In this document: in pieces, positions 27,361 to 36,504 of the stretch
Numbering within the stretch: position 1 is the stretch's first letter
Layout: every line of letters starts with the position of its first letter
Virus record (IMG/VR): IMGVR_UViG_3300035676_000010
Coordinates: 1 to 51,181 of that record
Source of the DNA: a virus
Lineage: Duplodnaviria; Caudoviricetes
Reading direction: 5' to 3' (one strand)
Length of the DNA: 51,181 nucleotides
The notes under the pieces: model-generated
What the model saw: only the letters and a program-made list of their open reading frames with translations
Told to the model about the DNA's origin: nothing
Databases searched by the model: none
Program-made: the position numbers and the translations under genes

Positions 27361-28518
27361 TCACTCCACGTGATAGAGTTCTTTGAAGTATTTCCACCAG
27401 TTATAGACTCTGGAACGTGCAGCGACGTCAAGATCCTCCCACGCTACGCTATCGACTAGCTTTCTGTCGAATGCGATAGCTACGATTTTGTTGTCGAAGC
27501 ACTTTTTGTTCAGTAATGTCATGTCGTCGAGGGGGTCCCACAATCCCTCGCCGTATACCGCTAGTTCGGCGAGCTTTTGCTTTTCCCACGAGTAGTCATC
27601 CTTCGATTTAGTGAACGCATCAGCACTCTTGCGAGCGCTTTTGCGAACGTAACACGCTTGCTCGGGATCGTACCCGTAGACTGAATCGTCTTCCCAGTCG
27701 TAGAATTGACGTCCGTATCGGCTATCGTATGTACCGTAGTAGCCATGTTCGGACCGCCAGTCTTTCGCGCGCAGAAACGATGACTCCCACTTGGGAGCCT
27801 CGCCTTGAATGAGTTTGTGCTTGCAAATGTCGAACAGATACGCAGACTCTTGAGTCAGCGACGTCCACGCGTTTCTGTCAGCAAGTACGCGCTTCTTGCG
27901 TGTTACGATTGCGTCACTCGTAAGCGGCTGTGAGCTGAACAATGTTCCCCACGGCGTACCTACGCGAATCCAGAGAGGATTTGTGGCGCGAGCAAGATAC
28001 AAATGCCCGCTGTGACGCGCATCAAAAGCGATGATAGCAAACTCGCCGCAAAGCGATGCGAGTTTATTGTATGTTGGGTCGCGGTCCATCAACGCTGCGA
28101 TAACTTCCGAATCACATTGCGAAATGAGATTCAATCCATACTTCTTCGCAACGGAATCGTGGTTGTAAATCCATCCGTTATGTACTACGGTGACATTACC
28201 GCAGCGGAACGGATGCGCGTTGATGTCAGTAACTGCACCTGTGGTTGCGGCTCGAGTATGCACCATCCACGCGACTACATCATTTTTCAGCGTCCATTTG
28301 CGAATTGCGTTCTGGACGTCGCGTTGGAGCATGAACGAACGAGGATCGAGTGCGCGTTTGATGATGCGTGTGCGGCCCGTATTAGTGACTGCCGCTATTC
28401 CAGCGGAGTCCGTGCCGCGCGCGACGTTGTGGATTAGTAGTGACGTGAGAGTGTTGTTTATAACATTCACGTTACTACGCTGACTTTCGTAGGGGACGAA
28501 TCCGCCTATACCACACAT
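27361..28518 (-). CDS. Class II (Ntn) glutamine amidotransferase
   Basis: True start MCGIGG at 28518 (GGAGG RBS, catalytic Cys2); RGTDSAG, HTRAATTG, NAHPF, HNGWIYN, CDSEVI. Confidence 0.93.
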   Translation of the reverse strand: MCGIGGFVPYESQRSNVNVINNTLTSLLIHNVARGTDSAGIAAVTNTGRTRIIKRALDPRSFMLQRDVQNAIRKWTLKNDVVAWMVHTRAATTGAVTDINAHPFRCGNVTVVHNGWIYNHDSVAKKYGLNLISQCDSEVIAALMDRDPTYNKLASLCGEFAIIAFDARHSGHLYLARATNPLWIRVGTPWGTLFSSQPLTSDAIVTRKKRVLADRNAWTSLTQESAYLFDICKHKLIQGEAPKWESSFLRAKDWRSEHGYYGTYDSRYGRQFYDWEDDSVYGYDPEQACYVRKSARKSADAFTKSKDDYSWEKQKLAELAVYGEGLWDPLDDMTLLNKKCFDNKIVAIAFDRKLVDSVAWEDLDVAARSRVYNWWKYFKELYHVE

Positions 28519-30146
28519 GGAACCTCCATGCGGAAGCCCACGGGATTGTGAATGGGGATTCCGAATCGGTCGGACGTACGAATCGCTCGGTAGTAGCGAT
28601 CCCACGTATGTTGGTAAACGTTGGTTGTATCCCATTCCGGTTTCATGAAAGGAATGAGATATTGGCGATTTTTCAGTAGAATCTCGCACATATCAGGGTC
28701 AATGACGTTACCCGTAGGTGCAGATTCATACTGTGCTGTGCGCTGAAGTCCACGCACATAACCCGTCAGGAATAGTTCCAGTTGTGAATTGGTCGGGTCA
28801 GATAGCGATAGTATATCGTTGTATATCTGTGGATTCATCGAACGTGCCCAAATCATCATAGCTACTGTACGACTTGGGTCTTTGATGTAGGATTGTAGAA
28901 TCCGATTAGGTGGCATGAATATGGTGTTGTAAAGACGTCCGGATGTTATCGAACGTGCGCTCATGCCTGCACTAATACGTTGACGCGTAAATGCTGCGAG
29001 AGATTCCGTAGTGGTCTGGTCTGGCATGTTAAGTGCGCGAATTGCATATCCTGTACGGTTGGACATGTCGCATTCAGACCAAGCGCAGTCAGATTCGTAC
29101 GCTTTTCTTACCCACCGCATGTCAGGCTCATTGTCTATGGCTTTGACAAGCCATGCGAGTAGGGCAATCCAGCGTACGGCATCGTCTGGCGAATCCATTC
29201 CCTCTGCCAGACGGAACTCAATTGTTCCATGTGCTTGCAATGCGCATGTTACGTTGAGTCCCAGATAGCGGTCGTAACCGAACAGTTCGCGTGCAGCTAC
29301 GTTATCATGTGTGCGCGTGCCTACGCCATCTTTTACGCGATTGCGATGTTTGATGAACGCTGGCAGCTGTACCACATTAGGATTGCAGTAGCCGCATGCG
29401 ATTCTGTTGTGTGTTTGCATGAGATAGAGCATCTGTACCCATGCGTTCCACAGTCTCGCCAAACGTACGAGTCTGCGGGTATTCCATGAATAGTCAGAAA
29501 AGCTGAAGTGTACGTGCAGTCCCGTACGCTCGCTGGTACGCCATCCGCTGCTACGAAGGATTGAGTAGCAATTGTAGATACGTCCTAATGTACCGGGACC
29601 ATATGACGGAGGGGTGATGAATTCGCATCCTGATTCGTTCAGCGAACCGTCACGCTTGTATTGCCAACCTGCATCTACGAGTTCCGCGAATTCACGGCGA
29701 TTACCGTACTCGAGTTCAAACTCAACTCCGCAGCGTACGCCGTCCGGGAACTTCAATGGAGATGCGAAGTTCGGTGGAGTGTAGATGTTGCTTTCTGTTA
29801 AAGAGATGGAACTTGGTATGTAGTATGTGTATTCGTTGTCTGTGTCTTCTTCTACTGGACGGCAGTTGCGACAATGGCATTCGCAATCTGCTGCACAACC
29901 GTGACAGAAATAGGTGCTGCATCCGTCGCAGTAGGTAAGGATATCTTGAAAGTACATTTCGCATCTGTTACACCAATGCGAATCAAGACAGCCGGTGCAG
30001 TAGTGAAAGGTATGTCCGTGGAATCGTAGAGAATTATCGCATGATGTGCACAGATAATCACCACAATCCACGCAGCGATACTGTTCATTAGTATCGTTGA
30101 TTTCTTCTCCGCAATGCGGACAACTGCTGGTGATGTCGTTTGGCAT
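28506..30146 (-). CDS. COOH-NH2 ligase-type amidoligase (Amidoligase_2-like) with N-terminal multi-CxxC region
   Basis: GVEFELE, KRDGSL, GCEFITPP, TGLHVHFS, RYLGLN, HGTIEFRL; about eight CxxC pairs in the first ~100 aa. Confidence 0.88.
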   Translation of the reverse strand: MPNDITSSCPHCGEEINDTNEQYRCVDCGDYLCTSCDNSLRFHGHTFHYCTGCLDSHWCNRCEMYFQDILTYCDGCSTYFCHGCAADCECHCRNCRPVEEDTDNEYTYYIPSSISLTESNIYTPPNFASPLKFPDGVRCGVEFELEYGNRREFAELVDAGWQYKRDGSLNESGCEFITPPSYGPGTLGRIYNCYSILRSSGWRTSERTGLHVHFSFSDYSWNTRRLVRLARLWNAWVQMLYLMQTHNRIACGYCNPNVVQLPAFIKHRNRVKDGVGTRTHDNVAARELFGYDRYLGLNVTCALQAHGTIEFRLAEGMDSPDDAVRWIALLAWLVKAIDNEPDMRWVRKAYESDCAWSECDMSNRTGYAIRALNMPDQTTTESLAAFTRQRISAGMSARSITSGRLYNTIFMPPNRILQSYIKDPSRTVAMMIWARSMNPQIYNDILSLSDPTNSQLELFLTGYVRGLQRTAQYESAPTGNVIDPDMCEILLKNRQYLIPFMKPEWDTTNVYQHTWDRYYRAIRTSDRFGIPIHNPVGFRMEVPCVV

Positions 30147-30148
30147 AA

Positions 30149-30415
30149 CTAGAGCCCGCATCTATCGCAGAATGCTTCAACAGGATAGAATGACGGCGTA
30201 CAGGTTTTCATTTCATGTTCCCGTACGCACTTGCGGCATACCAATTCGGTAAACATGCCGCCGGGCTTCAAGTCGTAGACGAAGAAGTAGTCTGCGCAAT
30301 CGAAAAGGCTCTGCCAGACTACATCTAGCGTGCGCTGCGCTGCCTGTACGCGTTCATACGCATCACCAAGTAGCGCACCTCTGACGCGTTCGTTGGCTTT
30401 CATGTTATCTGCCAT
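30149..30415 (-). CDS. Hypothetical Zn-binding protein
   Basis: 88 aa; CRKC...CDRC. Confidence 0.5.
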   Translation of the reverse strand: MADNMKANERVRGALLGDAYERVQAAQRTLDVVWQSLFDCADYFFVYDLKPGGMFTELVCRKCVREHEMKTCTPSFYPVEAFCDRCGL

Positions 30416-30425
30416 TCACGCATGC

Positions 30426-30542
30426 TCATCTTGCCATCTCTGCGATTGCGAGCATTACCGCAACCGTGAGATAGAGACAGGCGAAGCACAATAGCCATTC
30501 GCCAGCCTCTCGCAATACGTGTACGATTTCTCTACGGGTCAT
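30426..30542 (-). CDS. Micro TM peptide (38 aa, absent from ORF track)
   Basis: MTRREIVHVLREAGEWLLCFACLYLTVAVMLAIAEMAR with an AAGGAG RBS. Confidence 0.5.
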   Translation of the reverse strand: MTRREIVHVLREAGEWLLCFACLYLTVAVMLAIAEMAR

Positions 30543-30749
30543 ACGTTACTCCTTCTGTATGCAATACCCGTGCATACGTCGGGGCCTATCATCGCGATAG
30601 GGCTTAACTATAAGACTCAGAGACAGCGAACGCAGTCTATTAATACTTCGTAAGTATTGGTAATTGCTCCCTGTGTGTTTAATGAAACGCAAAGGGTGGC
30701 ATAGTGTCATGACACTAGTGACAGATTTGAACGCGTTAAAGTCCTTTAG

Positions 30750-30762
30750 AATCAATAGGTTA
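30750..30762 (+). promoter_or_regulatory. IHF-binding consensus site, left arm
   Basis: AATCAATAGGTTA matches WATCAANNNNTTR exactly. Confidence 0.7.
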
Positions 30763-30966
30763 TGCCAGAAAGTGACAAAAGTGACATGTCACCTAAGTGC
30801 GAGAAACGGAGACGGGGTTAGAGAGAGTAGAATAGATATAGTATTACTAATAATACATTTATAATAATATATCTACTATCCTTCTATTACTGGTTAGCTT
30901 ACGGGTTGTTATGCTTGCTCTAGGTCCCGCACTTAGATGACATGTCACAAATGTCATTTTTCTAGG

Positions 30967-30979
30967 TAAGTTGTTGATT
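30967..30979 (-). promoter_or_regulatory. IHF-binding consensus site, right arm
   Basis: Minus strand AATCAACAACTTA matches WATCAANNNNTTR; differs from the left copy only at N positions. Confidence 0.7.
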
Positions 30980-31158
30980 ACAAAGGACTTTACCGGGGTC
31001 AAATGTGTCACCCCTGTCATGACACCATGCCACCATTTGTGTGCAGTAATGCCTCGCAGATGCATATTTGGCCTGCGAGCGACGATTAGGCTCACAGATG
31101 CGATTAATGCTCTTAGAAACTCTCAGATACGTGTGTGGAATTAGCGTTACATGGGCAT

Positions 31159-31192
31159 AAAAAAAGGTAGGCCCCGGGGTTGGGGCCTACCT
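31159..31192 (-). terminator. Rho-independent terminator
   Basis: Stem AGGTAGGCCCC/GGGGCCTACCT with a T7 tract on the minus strand; ends the 31209-31763 unit before the inverted repeat. Confidence 0.85.
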
Positions 31193-31208
31193 ATTGGTAT
31201 TCAATTAC

Positions 31209-31421
31209 CTAGAGGTTCTCGTCAAGCATCGAGAGAATCTTGGCGATACGTGCGAAGGTTTTCACGGGGTCGTCCGTATCTGTCAGCGTGGAATACCGGA
31301 AGGAAACGTCCGGCGCCACGGCAGAAACGGAAACCCTACCGCGTGCCGCGCGAACCGATAGGCGCGGGACCGGCGCGGAATACTGATAGGTGTATTCCGC
31401 GGGGGGCAGCGGCGCGCTCAT
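31209..31421 (-). CDS. Hypothetical protein
   Basis: 70 aa; starts immediately after the upstream stop; GC-rich. Confidence 0.5.
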   Translation of the reverse strand: MSAPLPPAEYTYQYSAPVPRLSVRAARGRVSVSAVAPDVSFRYSTLTDTDDPVKTFARIAKILSMLDENL

Positions 31422-31763
31422 TTACGCGCTCGCCTTGTTTGCGGCGTCAAACGCCGCATTGTCGGCGTGCGCGACGACCGGCGCGAGGGTACGCGCGGCG
31501 AGCATGAGCGCGTCATACAGCGCCGCATGGTCACCGTGCGCGAGCAGGACGTACTCGCGCTCCGCTCCGTTCCGCGTGAACGGAACGGTGACACCGACGA
31601 CGTTACCCTTGTCGTCGGTCGTCAGGGACGGGGTGCCGAACAGCACCCCGCGGGCGCTGACAATCTGCCGGTCAATTGCCAGCAGTTTATCAGCGGTGAC
31701 GCCCGCGCCTGCTAGTTCGGCGCGGAGTGCGGTAAGACGGTCCACCGTGGAAATTCTTGCCAT
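31422..31763 (-). CDS. Hypothetical protein (first gene of the early arm)
   Basis: MARISTVDRL start with GAGG RBS; Ala-rich, 113 aa. Confidence 0.6.
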   Translation of the reverse strand: MARISTVDRLTALRAELAGAGVTADKLLAIDRQIVSARGVLFGTPSLTTDDKGNVVGVTVPFTRNGAEREYVLLAHGDHAALYDALMLAARTLAPVVAHADNAAFDAANKASA

Positions 31764-32045
31764 GCTGTCACCTCGCACGATAACCCGCGCGGCGTTGTGC
31801 CGTGCTTTGTATCGTCTCTCACCTATCGCGCGGAGAGACCGCGAGAGTACCCTATTACTTGCGGGTTATGGGGCGGTAAGAAAACGGACCCCGCTAGTCT
31901 CCCGCGCGGAGTTACTCTCTCCCGCGCGCAAGCTACCGCGCGCGCGCAAACAATCCCCCGCGGGCGTTAAGCCCGCCCGCGCGCGGACCCCCGGCGACCC
32001 CCCTGCGGGCCTCGCAGGGGGGAAAAAGTCACCCTGACGCATGCG

Positions 32046-32074
32046 CTGATACAAGGGGACCCATGTGCTAAAAT
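32046..32074 (+). promoter_or_regulatory. Putative sigma70-type promoter for the terS/late arm
   Basis: CTGATA-17 nt-TAAAAT with an extended -10 TG, 27 nt upstream of the terS ATG. Confidence 0.5.
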
Positions 32075-32101
32075 GCTGACATGGCGTCCTAGAGGAGCGC
32101 G

Positions 32102-32704
32102 ATGGCAAACAACCAGCGGATGACGCTACAGGCCAAGGCGTACTATGAACATATCGCCCGGCGATTGTTGGCACATCAGCCGCCAAGCGAGATTGCATCC
32201 GCAGTAGGCATCAGCAAAACGCAGCTAGCGCGGATCATGAGTAGGAAGGAGTTTCAAGACTTCCTAGCGGCGCTGAGTGACAAAATCTACGGCGAAATAG
32301 ATAAAATTCTCTACGACCAGCGCGCTGACCTCCGCACGCGAATCGAAGCAGGCGCGCCCCTAGCGCTGTCGCGGATCTTCAACTTGATCGAGCACAGCCG
32401 GTCTGACAGGGAAAAAGGCATCAACGCCCGTTGGGTCATGGAATCACTCGGCTATGGCCCGGTCGAGAAGCGCGTACAGGCCAACTTGGTCGCCTCCGAC
32501 CTCGATCCAGAGCAGCGCGCCTCCATCAAAGACGCTATCCGCGCGGCCATGACCAGCGGAGATGTCGTCGTAGACGGCGACGTAATGCCAGAATTGCCCG
32601 AAAAGGAGCCTCTAGCAGCCTTGGAGGCGAAATTGGCCTCTACAGATGGGGCGGAAGGTGCCAACCACAGCACACTGAGCCCCCCAAAGCCCCCAAATGC
32701 TTGA
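32102..32704 (+). CDS. terS: Terminase small subunit (HTH)
   Basis: N-terminal HTH (PSEIASAVGISKTQLARIM) followed by helices; immediately upstream of terL. Confidence 0.65.
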   Translation: MANNQRMTLQAKAYYEHIARRLLAHQPPSEIASAVGISKTQLARIMSRKEFQDFLAALSDKIYGEIDKILYDQRADLRTRIEAGAPLALSRIFNLIEHSRSDREKGINARWVMESLGYGPVEKRVQANLVASDLDPEQRASIKDAIRAAMTSGDVVVDGDVMPELPEKEPLAALEAKLASTDGAEGANHSTLSPPKPPNA

Positions 32705-34439
32705 TGCTTTCGACATTGAACGCGCCCGACTACGCGCCATCTTCCGCCAATCGCTCTATGCGTTCAACGCCGGCGTCATCAGCCGCAAAAAGAAGCCTAA
32801 TTTAGCGACAGAACGGACTTTTGGGCCGATATGCAGGTTCATGCAGCGGCTTGGAACGGGTCCAGTCAAGCGTTTGTCCCTCCGCGACCCGCGAAATCAC
32901 TGCAAAACGTCCTTTGCGACGATGGGATACATCCTGTGGCGCGGCATACAGGGTACGCACCCTGATTACGACTTTCCTAGCGAAATCGAGCGCGCCGAAG
33001 CCTTCGTGAAGGCGCATCCTTCCTTCATGGGTGTCAACGAGCGCTGGTTGTTGGCGTCCGGCTCCAACGAAAACGTCGTCATGTTGTCGCAGAACATGCG
33101 TGAATACCCTGCAACCGACGAATTCTTCCGCTGGCTCTGGCCCGAGTTGACCCCCGAGTACGCCGACGTTACCGGCGAAAAGAATCTCCCTTGGCAGGTG
33201 GATTTCTGGTGTTTCCCTGGTAGACGCGCCAGTCATCCGCAGGCATTTGTCAACGTTGCAGGCTTCAGCACGCGTTCGACGATGCGTAAAGTCACAAACA
33301 TCCTCGTCGATGACCCCGTGAACGAGGAAACGTGGCAGTCCCACAAGGAAGTCGAGAACTCGATCACGTGGCTGAAGCTGGCTCCGAATCTGATCGAAAC
33401 ATCCTCATTCGATAGCCCATACGCGGGCCTCATCATCGTCACGGGCAATCTTTGGTCGGATTGGGACACACAATCCTACATCGAGCAGAACTGGCCTGAG
33501 TTCTTCATCTGGCAACGTAGCGCGTGGGTTTGCTCAGTCTGCGGACGGGAGAACTGCAAGCGGACCACGGACTGCACGTTCACGGACGAGCCACTTTGGC
33601 CCGAACGTTATACACGCGAGGGACTCCTCGCGCTCAAGCGTCAGCAAGGCCCACTCATCTTCGGCGCGCAGTATGAAAATCAGCCGATCAACCGGGAAAC
33701 TGTCAAGTTCTCTACTCAAAAATGTGGTGATTGTGTCTATGTTGATTCGACAAAAGAAGTCCTCGTCTTCCGCAAGGACACAGAAATCATCGAGCGCCGT
33801 ATCCACATTAGCAACCTTATTGGCGTTCTATCATTCGATCCAGCCTCATCAATCGACCCCAAATCCTGCCGTAGTGCGCTAACGCTAACCGCTGAAGAAG
33901 AGGAAACCGGCGCTGTTTTCCTGCTCGATCTGTGGGCTCAACAGGTCCATCCCGGCGAGAATATCACAGCCCTGTTAGACATGTACGTCCGCTGGCGGGA
34001 CCGCGGTCTACGGATCGCTCACGTGGGCTTTGAGTCTGTCGGCGGGCAAGCCTACGTCCTCCCGGCCATCCTTAGCGCCGCCAAACTCCGTAGCATCTGG
34101 GAACTGTCCCGCGAACCTGAAGAGGACACCGACATCCTCTTCCTCTACCGCACAGACCGCAACGAGCGCAAGGAAGACCGCATCACGAATCTGCTAGGCT
34201 GGCGCGTAAACGCAGGCTTACTGTATATTAGCCGGGACCTACCGCAGTACAATCTATTCCAGTATGAGTTCGACCGTTTCCCCGGCGCGAGGACTAACGA
34301 TACGGTGGACGCCTTAGCCTACGCGGAACAAGCCTACACGCGTGTCATCAGCGCATCCGTTGAGGATAGGCGCGTCGTCGAACTCAATTCCACGCGCGTT
34401 CGTACCGGCAGAAGCCTGCCGTTCCGCACAAGGAGATAA
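32697..34439 (+). CDS. terL: Terminase large subunit
   Basis: PRNHCKTS (Walker A variant), ILVDDP (Walker B), LWPERY, FGAQYENQP, SFDPA and FP..TNDTVDALAYA (RNase H-like nuclease). Confidence 0.92.
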   Translation: MLDAFDIERARLRAIFRQSLYAFNAGVISRKKKPNLATERTFGPICRFMQRLGTGPVKRLSLRDPRNHCKTSFATMGYILWRGIQGTHPDYDFPSEIERAEAFVKAHPSFMGVNERWLLASGSNENVVMLSQNMREYPATDEFFRWLWPELTPEYADVTGEKNLPWQVDFWCFPGRRASHPQAFVNVAGFSTRSTMRKVTNILVDDPVNEETWQSHKEVENSITWLKLAPNLIETSSFDSPYAGLIIVTGNLWSDWDTQSYIEQNWPEFFIWQRSAWVCSVCGRENCKRTTDCTFTDEPLWPERYTREGLLALKRQQGPLIFGAQYENQPINRETVKFSTQKCGDCVYVDSTKEVLVFRKDTEIIERRIHISNLIGVLSFDPASSIDPKSCRSALTLTAEEEETGAVFLLDLWAQQVHPGENITALLDMYVRWRDRGLRIAHVGFESVGGQAYVLPAILSAAKLRSIWELSREPEEDTDILFLYRTDRNERKEDRITNLLGWRVNAGLLYISRDLPQYNLFQYEFDRFPGARTNDTVDALAYAEQAYTRVISASVEDRRVVELNSTRVRTGRSLPFRTRR

Positions 34440-34440
34440 C

Positions 34441-36258
34441 ATGGCTGATCCGATGCCCCCGCCGCTGGTGACGCCCTACCTCGACCAGCTTGGCAACGCT
34501 CTCTCCGTGCGGAAGAAGATCATCGACTTCACGGATGAGATCGACAGGCTGATGACCGAATCCGAGATCCAAGACCATCAGTTCGTCAACGGCATTCCTT
34601 CGCTCAACATCCCGGAGGCGCTGGAAAAGCGTACCTACATGCGCGTCCGGCTATTCCACGCTTTCTTCGGTACGCGTCCTATCGCTGCCATCAATAGCGT
34701 CAAGGGCATGGATACCCGCACGGGCCTCAAGTGGCACAACGTCGCCCGTGAAGCCGAAGACTTCTTCGACTACAAAGCGCGTCACGGCCTACGCATTCCA
34801 CAGTGCATGCGGTCGGTTATCACAGAATTCGTAGACTATGGGCTAGGTATCTGGAAGGTCTTCATTGACTACACGGAACCTACCCCACGCGTCCTGTGGG
34901 AGTTCGTGTCGGTGCGGGACTTCATGTGGCCCGATGGCATGGGACTCCAGCTTGACCACTTCCCTTGGGTCGCACAGGTCACACGTCTGACCGAATACCA
35001 GATGCTGAACGCCGTTGCGTCGGGCATGTTCGACCAGAAGGTCGCTGCTGACGTCATCAAGGGTGGTACCGGCACCCGTGACGACAACGTACTCTCGCAG
35101 CAGTGGAACCAGTACTTCGGCAGTCTGCTGCCAGAACAGCCGCTCGACTATCCCATTGCGGAAATGTGGTACCGCGATCCCGTTGGTGCGGACAGAATCG
35201 CATCCGTTCATCTGCCGTCAGGTGCGGTTCTGCGCGATATGCCCGCGCCCTACAAGCGCCCCTTCTTCGCCGCGCGGCTGGACGAGAAATCCTCGCTGAC
35301 GTTCATGGGCCTTGGCGTCGGCGGCAAGCTGGGCGCAATCAACGAAGTCATCAACGGTGTATACAATCTCACCTTGGGCGCGTCGATTCAAGCTGCGCAG
35401 CAAGTCAAGCTCGTTCGCTCTGGTAGCCGTCTTGCCAAGGTCCTCTTCGGCGAAGACCGCAGCCTCGACTTGGGACCCAACTTCCAAGCGGTGACGGAGA
35501 ACCCGGAAGCCGACCTTGCGATCAAGCCACTCGGGCTTCCGAACGCTGCGCAGTCCGCAGTGAATCTCATCGGACCAATCCGCGAGTACGCGAACAACAT
35601 GTTCGGTACGTCGGCGGCGTCGTTCGGCAACGTTGGCGTGTCCCGGCGCTCGCCCGCATACGGTGTACAGGCGATCCTTGAAGAAGGCTCCATGCCGATC
35701 CGCGACGCCTTGGTGCGTCTCGCGGAAGCGTTCACGGAAGCCGCGTACACGACCTTCGACCTGTGGGAAATCACCTCCGGTATTCAGGAAGAGATCGTCA
35801 ACGTTCTCGGTGACGATGGACAGGCTCTCGCACAGGCGCTCACGCAGCGCGGACAGGCGCGCAAGTCGCTTATCCTCGACATCAAGGTCGTCGATCCCGC
35901 ATCGACACGCGAGGCTGAAGCCCAGCGCCGTCTCATGCAAGCTCAGTTCGTCATGCAATGGGTCCGCGAACTCGCGCAATACATCACGCTCATCCAGAAC
36001 CCACAGATTCTCCCCTCTGCACGGCAGGCGCTGATCGACTTCACATCCCGCGTCGAGGAACTCATCCGTCGTGCGCTAGAAGTCAGCGGTGACATTCAGG
36101 ACTACCAGAACGTGATCCCGGACGTGCGGACATCGCTGGAGCCTGTGGCCGCAGAGGCGGAGCAGATGGCCCAACAGCAACAGCTTCTTCAGATGCTCAT
36201 GTTGGCGCAGGGTGCGCAAGGAGGCGGTGGCATGCCTCCGCAGGGAGCCCAGCAGTGA
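34441..36258 (+). CDS. Portal protein
   Basis: 605 aa from ATG 34441 (AAGGAG RBS); follows terL; YGLGIWKV, F.GLGVG and a Gln-rich C-terminus as in P22/T7-like portals. Confidence 0.8.
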   Translation: MADPMPPPLVTPYLDQLGNALSVRKKIIDFTDEIDRLMTESEIQDHQFVNGIPSLNIPEALEKRTYMRVRLFHAFFGTRPIAAINSVKGMDTRTGLKWHNVAREAEDFFDYKARHGLRIPQCMRSVITEFVDYGLGIWKVFIDYTEPTPRVLWEFVSVRDFMWPDGMGLQLDHFPWVAQVTRLTEYQMLNAVASGMFDQKVAADVIKGGTGTRDDNVLSQQWNQYFGSLLPEQPLDYPIAEMWYRDPVGADRIASVHLPSGAVLRDMPAPYKRPFFAARLDEKSSLTFMGLGVGGKLGAINEVINGVYNLTLGASIQAAQQVKLVRSGSRLAKVLFGEDRSLDLGPNFQAVTENPEADLAIKPLGLPNAAQSAVNLIGPIREYANNMFGTSAASFGNVGVSRRSPAYGVQAILEEGSMPIRDALVRLAEAFTEAAYTTFDLWEITSGIQEEIVNVLGDDGQALAQALTQRGQARKSLILDIKVVDPASTREAEAQRRLMQAQFVMQWVRELAQYITLIQNPQILPSARQALIDFTSRVEELIRRALEVSGDIQDYQNVIPDVRTSLEPVAAEAEQMAQQQQLLQMLMLAQGAQGGGGMPPQGAQQ

Positions 36259-36503
36259 TAACAAAGGCGCAGACCGATGAGTTCCTCGCCCATCCGCTAT
36301 ATAAGCTCCTCCGATCTGACGTTGAAGAAATGCTCGTCCACGAACAGGCTGGAATCATGCAGCTTGATCCCGCCACCGCAGGAGTGGACTATCCATATCG
36401 CAAGGGGATTTACGACGGGATCAAGCGCGTTCTGGTCCTGTTCGACACCATCCTTGTCAACTATCACGTGGTCGAACGCGCACTAAACAAGCAGGGAGGT
36501 TAA
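36255..36503 (+). CDS. Small helical protein between portal and scaffold
   Basis: 82 aa; GTGA overlap; typical position in podoviral head modules. Confidence 0.6.
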   Translation: MITKAQTDEFLAHPLYKLLRSDVEEMLVHEQAGIMQLDPATAGVDYPYRKGIYDGIKRVLVLFDTILVNYHVVERALNKQGG

Positions 36504-36504
36504 C

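Larger units (their letters stand above)
30690..31039. repeat. 112-bp imperfect inverted repeat around an AT-rich core; candidate replication origin
   Basis: Arms 30690-30801 and 30928-31039 align without gaps (87/112 identical by hand count). Six TGACA/TGTCA boxes per arm are conserved. Core 30831-30875 is about 89% AT. Confidence 0.9.

Noticed and set aside
28519-28689. N-terminal extension of the GATase in the ORF track
   Set aside because: Ntn amidotransferases need Cys at position 2; the RBS-supported start is MCG at 28518.
30557-30575. Sigma54 promoter-like TATGCACGGGTATTGCATA on the minus strand
   Set aside because: The invariant -24 GG is TG. It may simply be a short palindromic operator; not supportable.
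30841-30870. dif-like (XerCD) or protelomerase target in the AT-rich core
   Set aside because: No TTATGTTAAA XerD arm, the spacing does not fit 11-6-11, the palindrome is imperfect and no telomere resolvase is encoded.
30664-31095. Two convergent paralogous ORFs (..WHSVMTLVT..VTCHLSA and ..WHGVMTGVT..VTCHLSA)
   Set aside because: Their similarity is a by-product of the DNA inverted repeat; conservation follows TGACA/IHF boxes rather than codons, and no convincing RBS is present.
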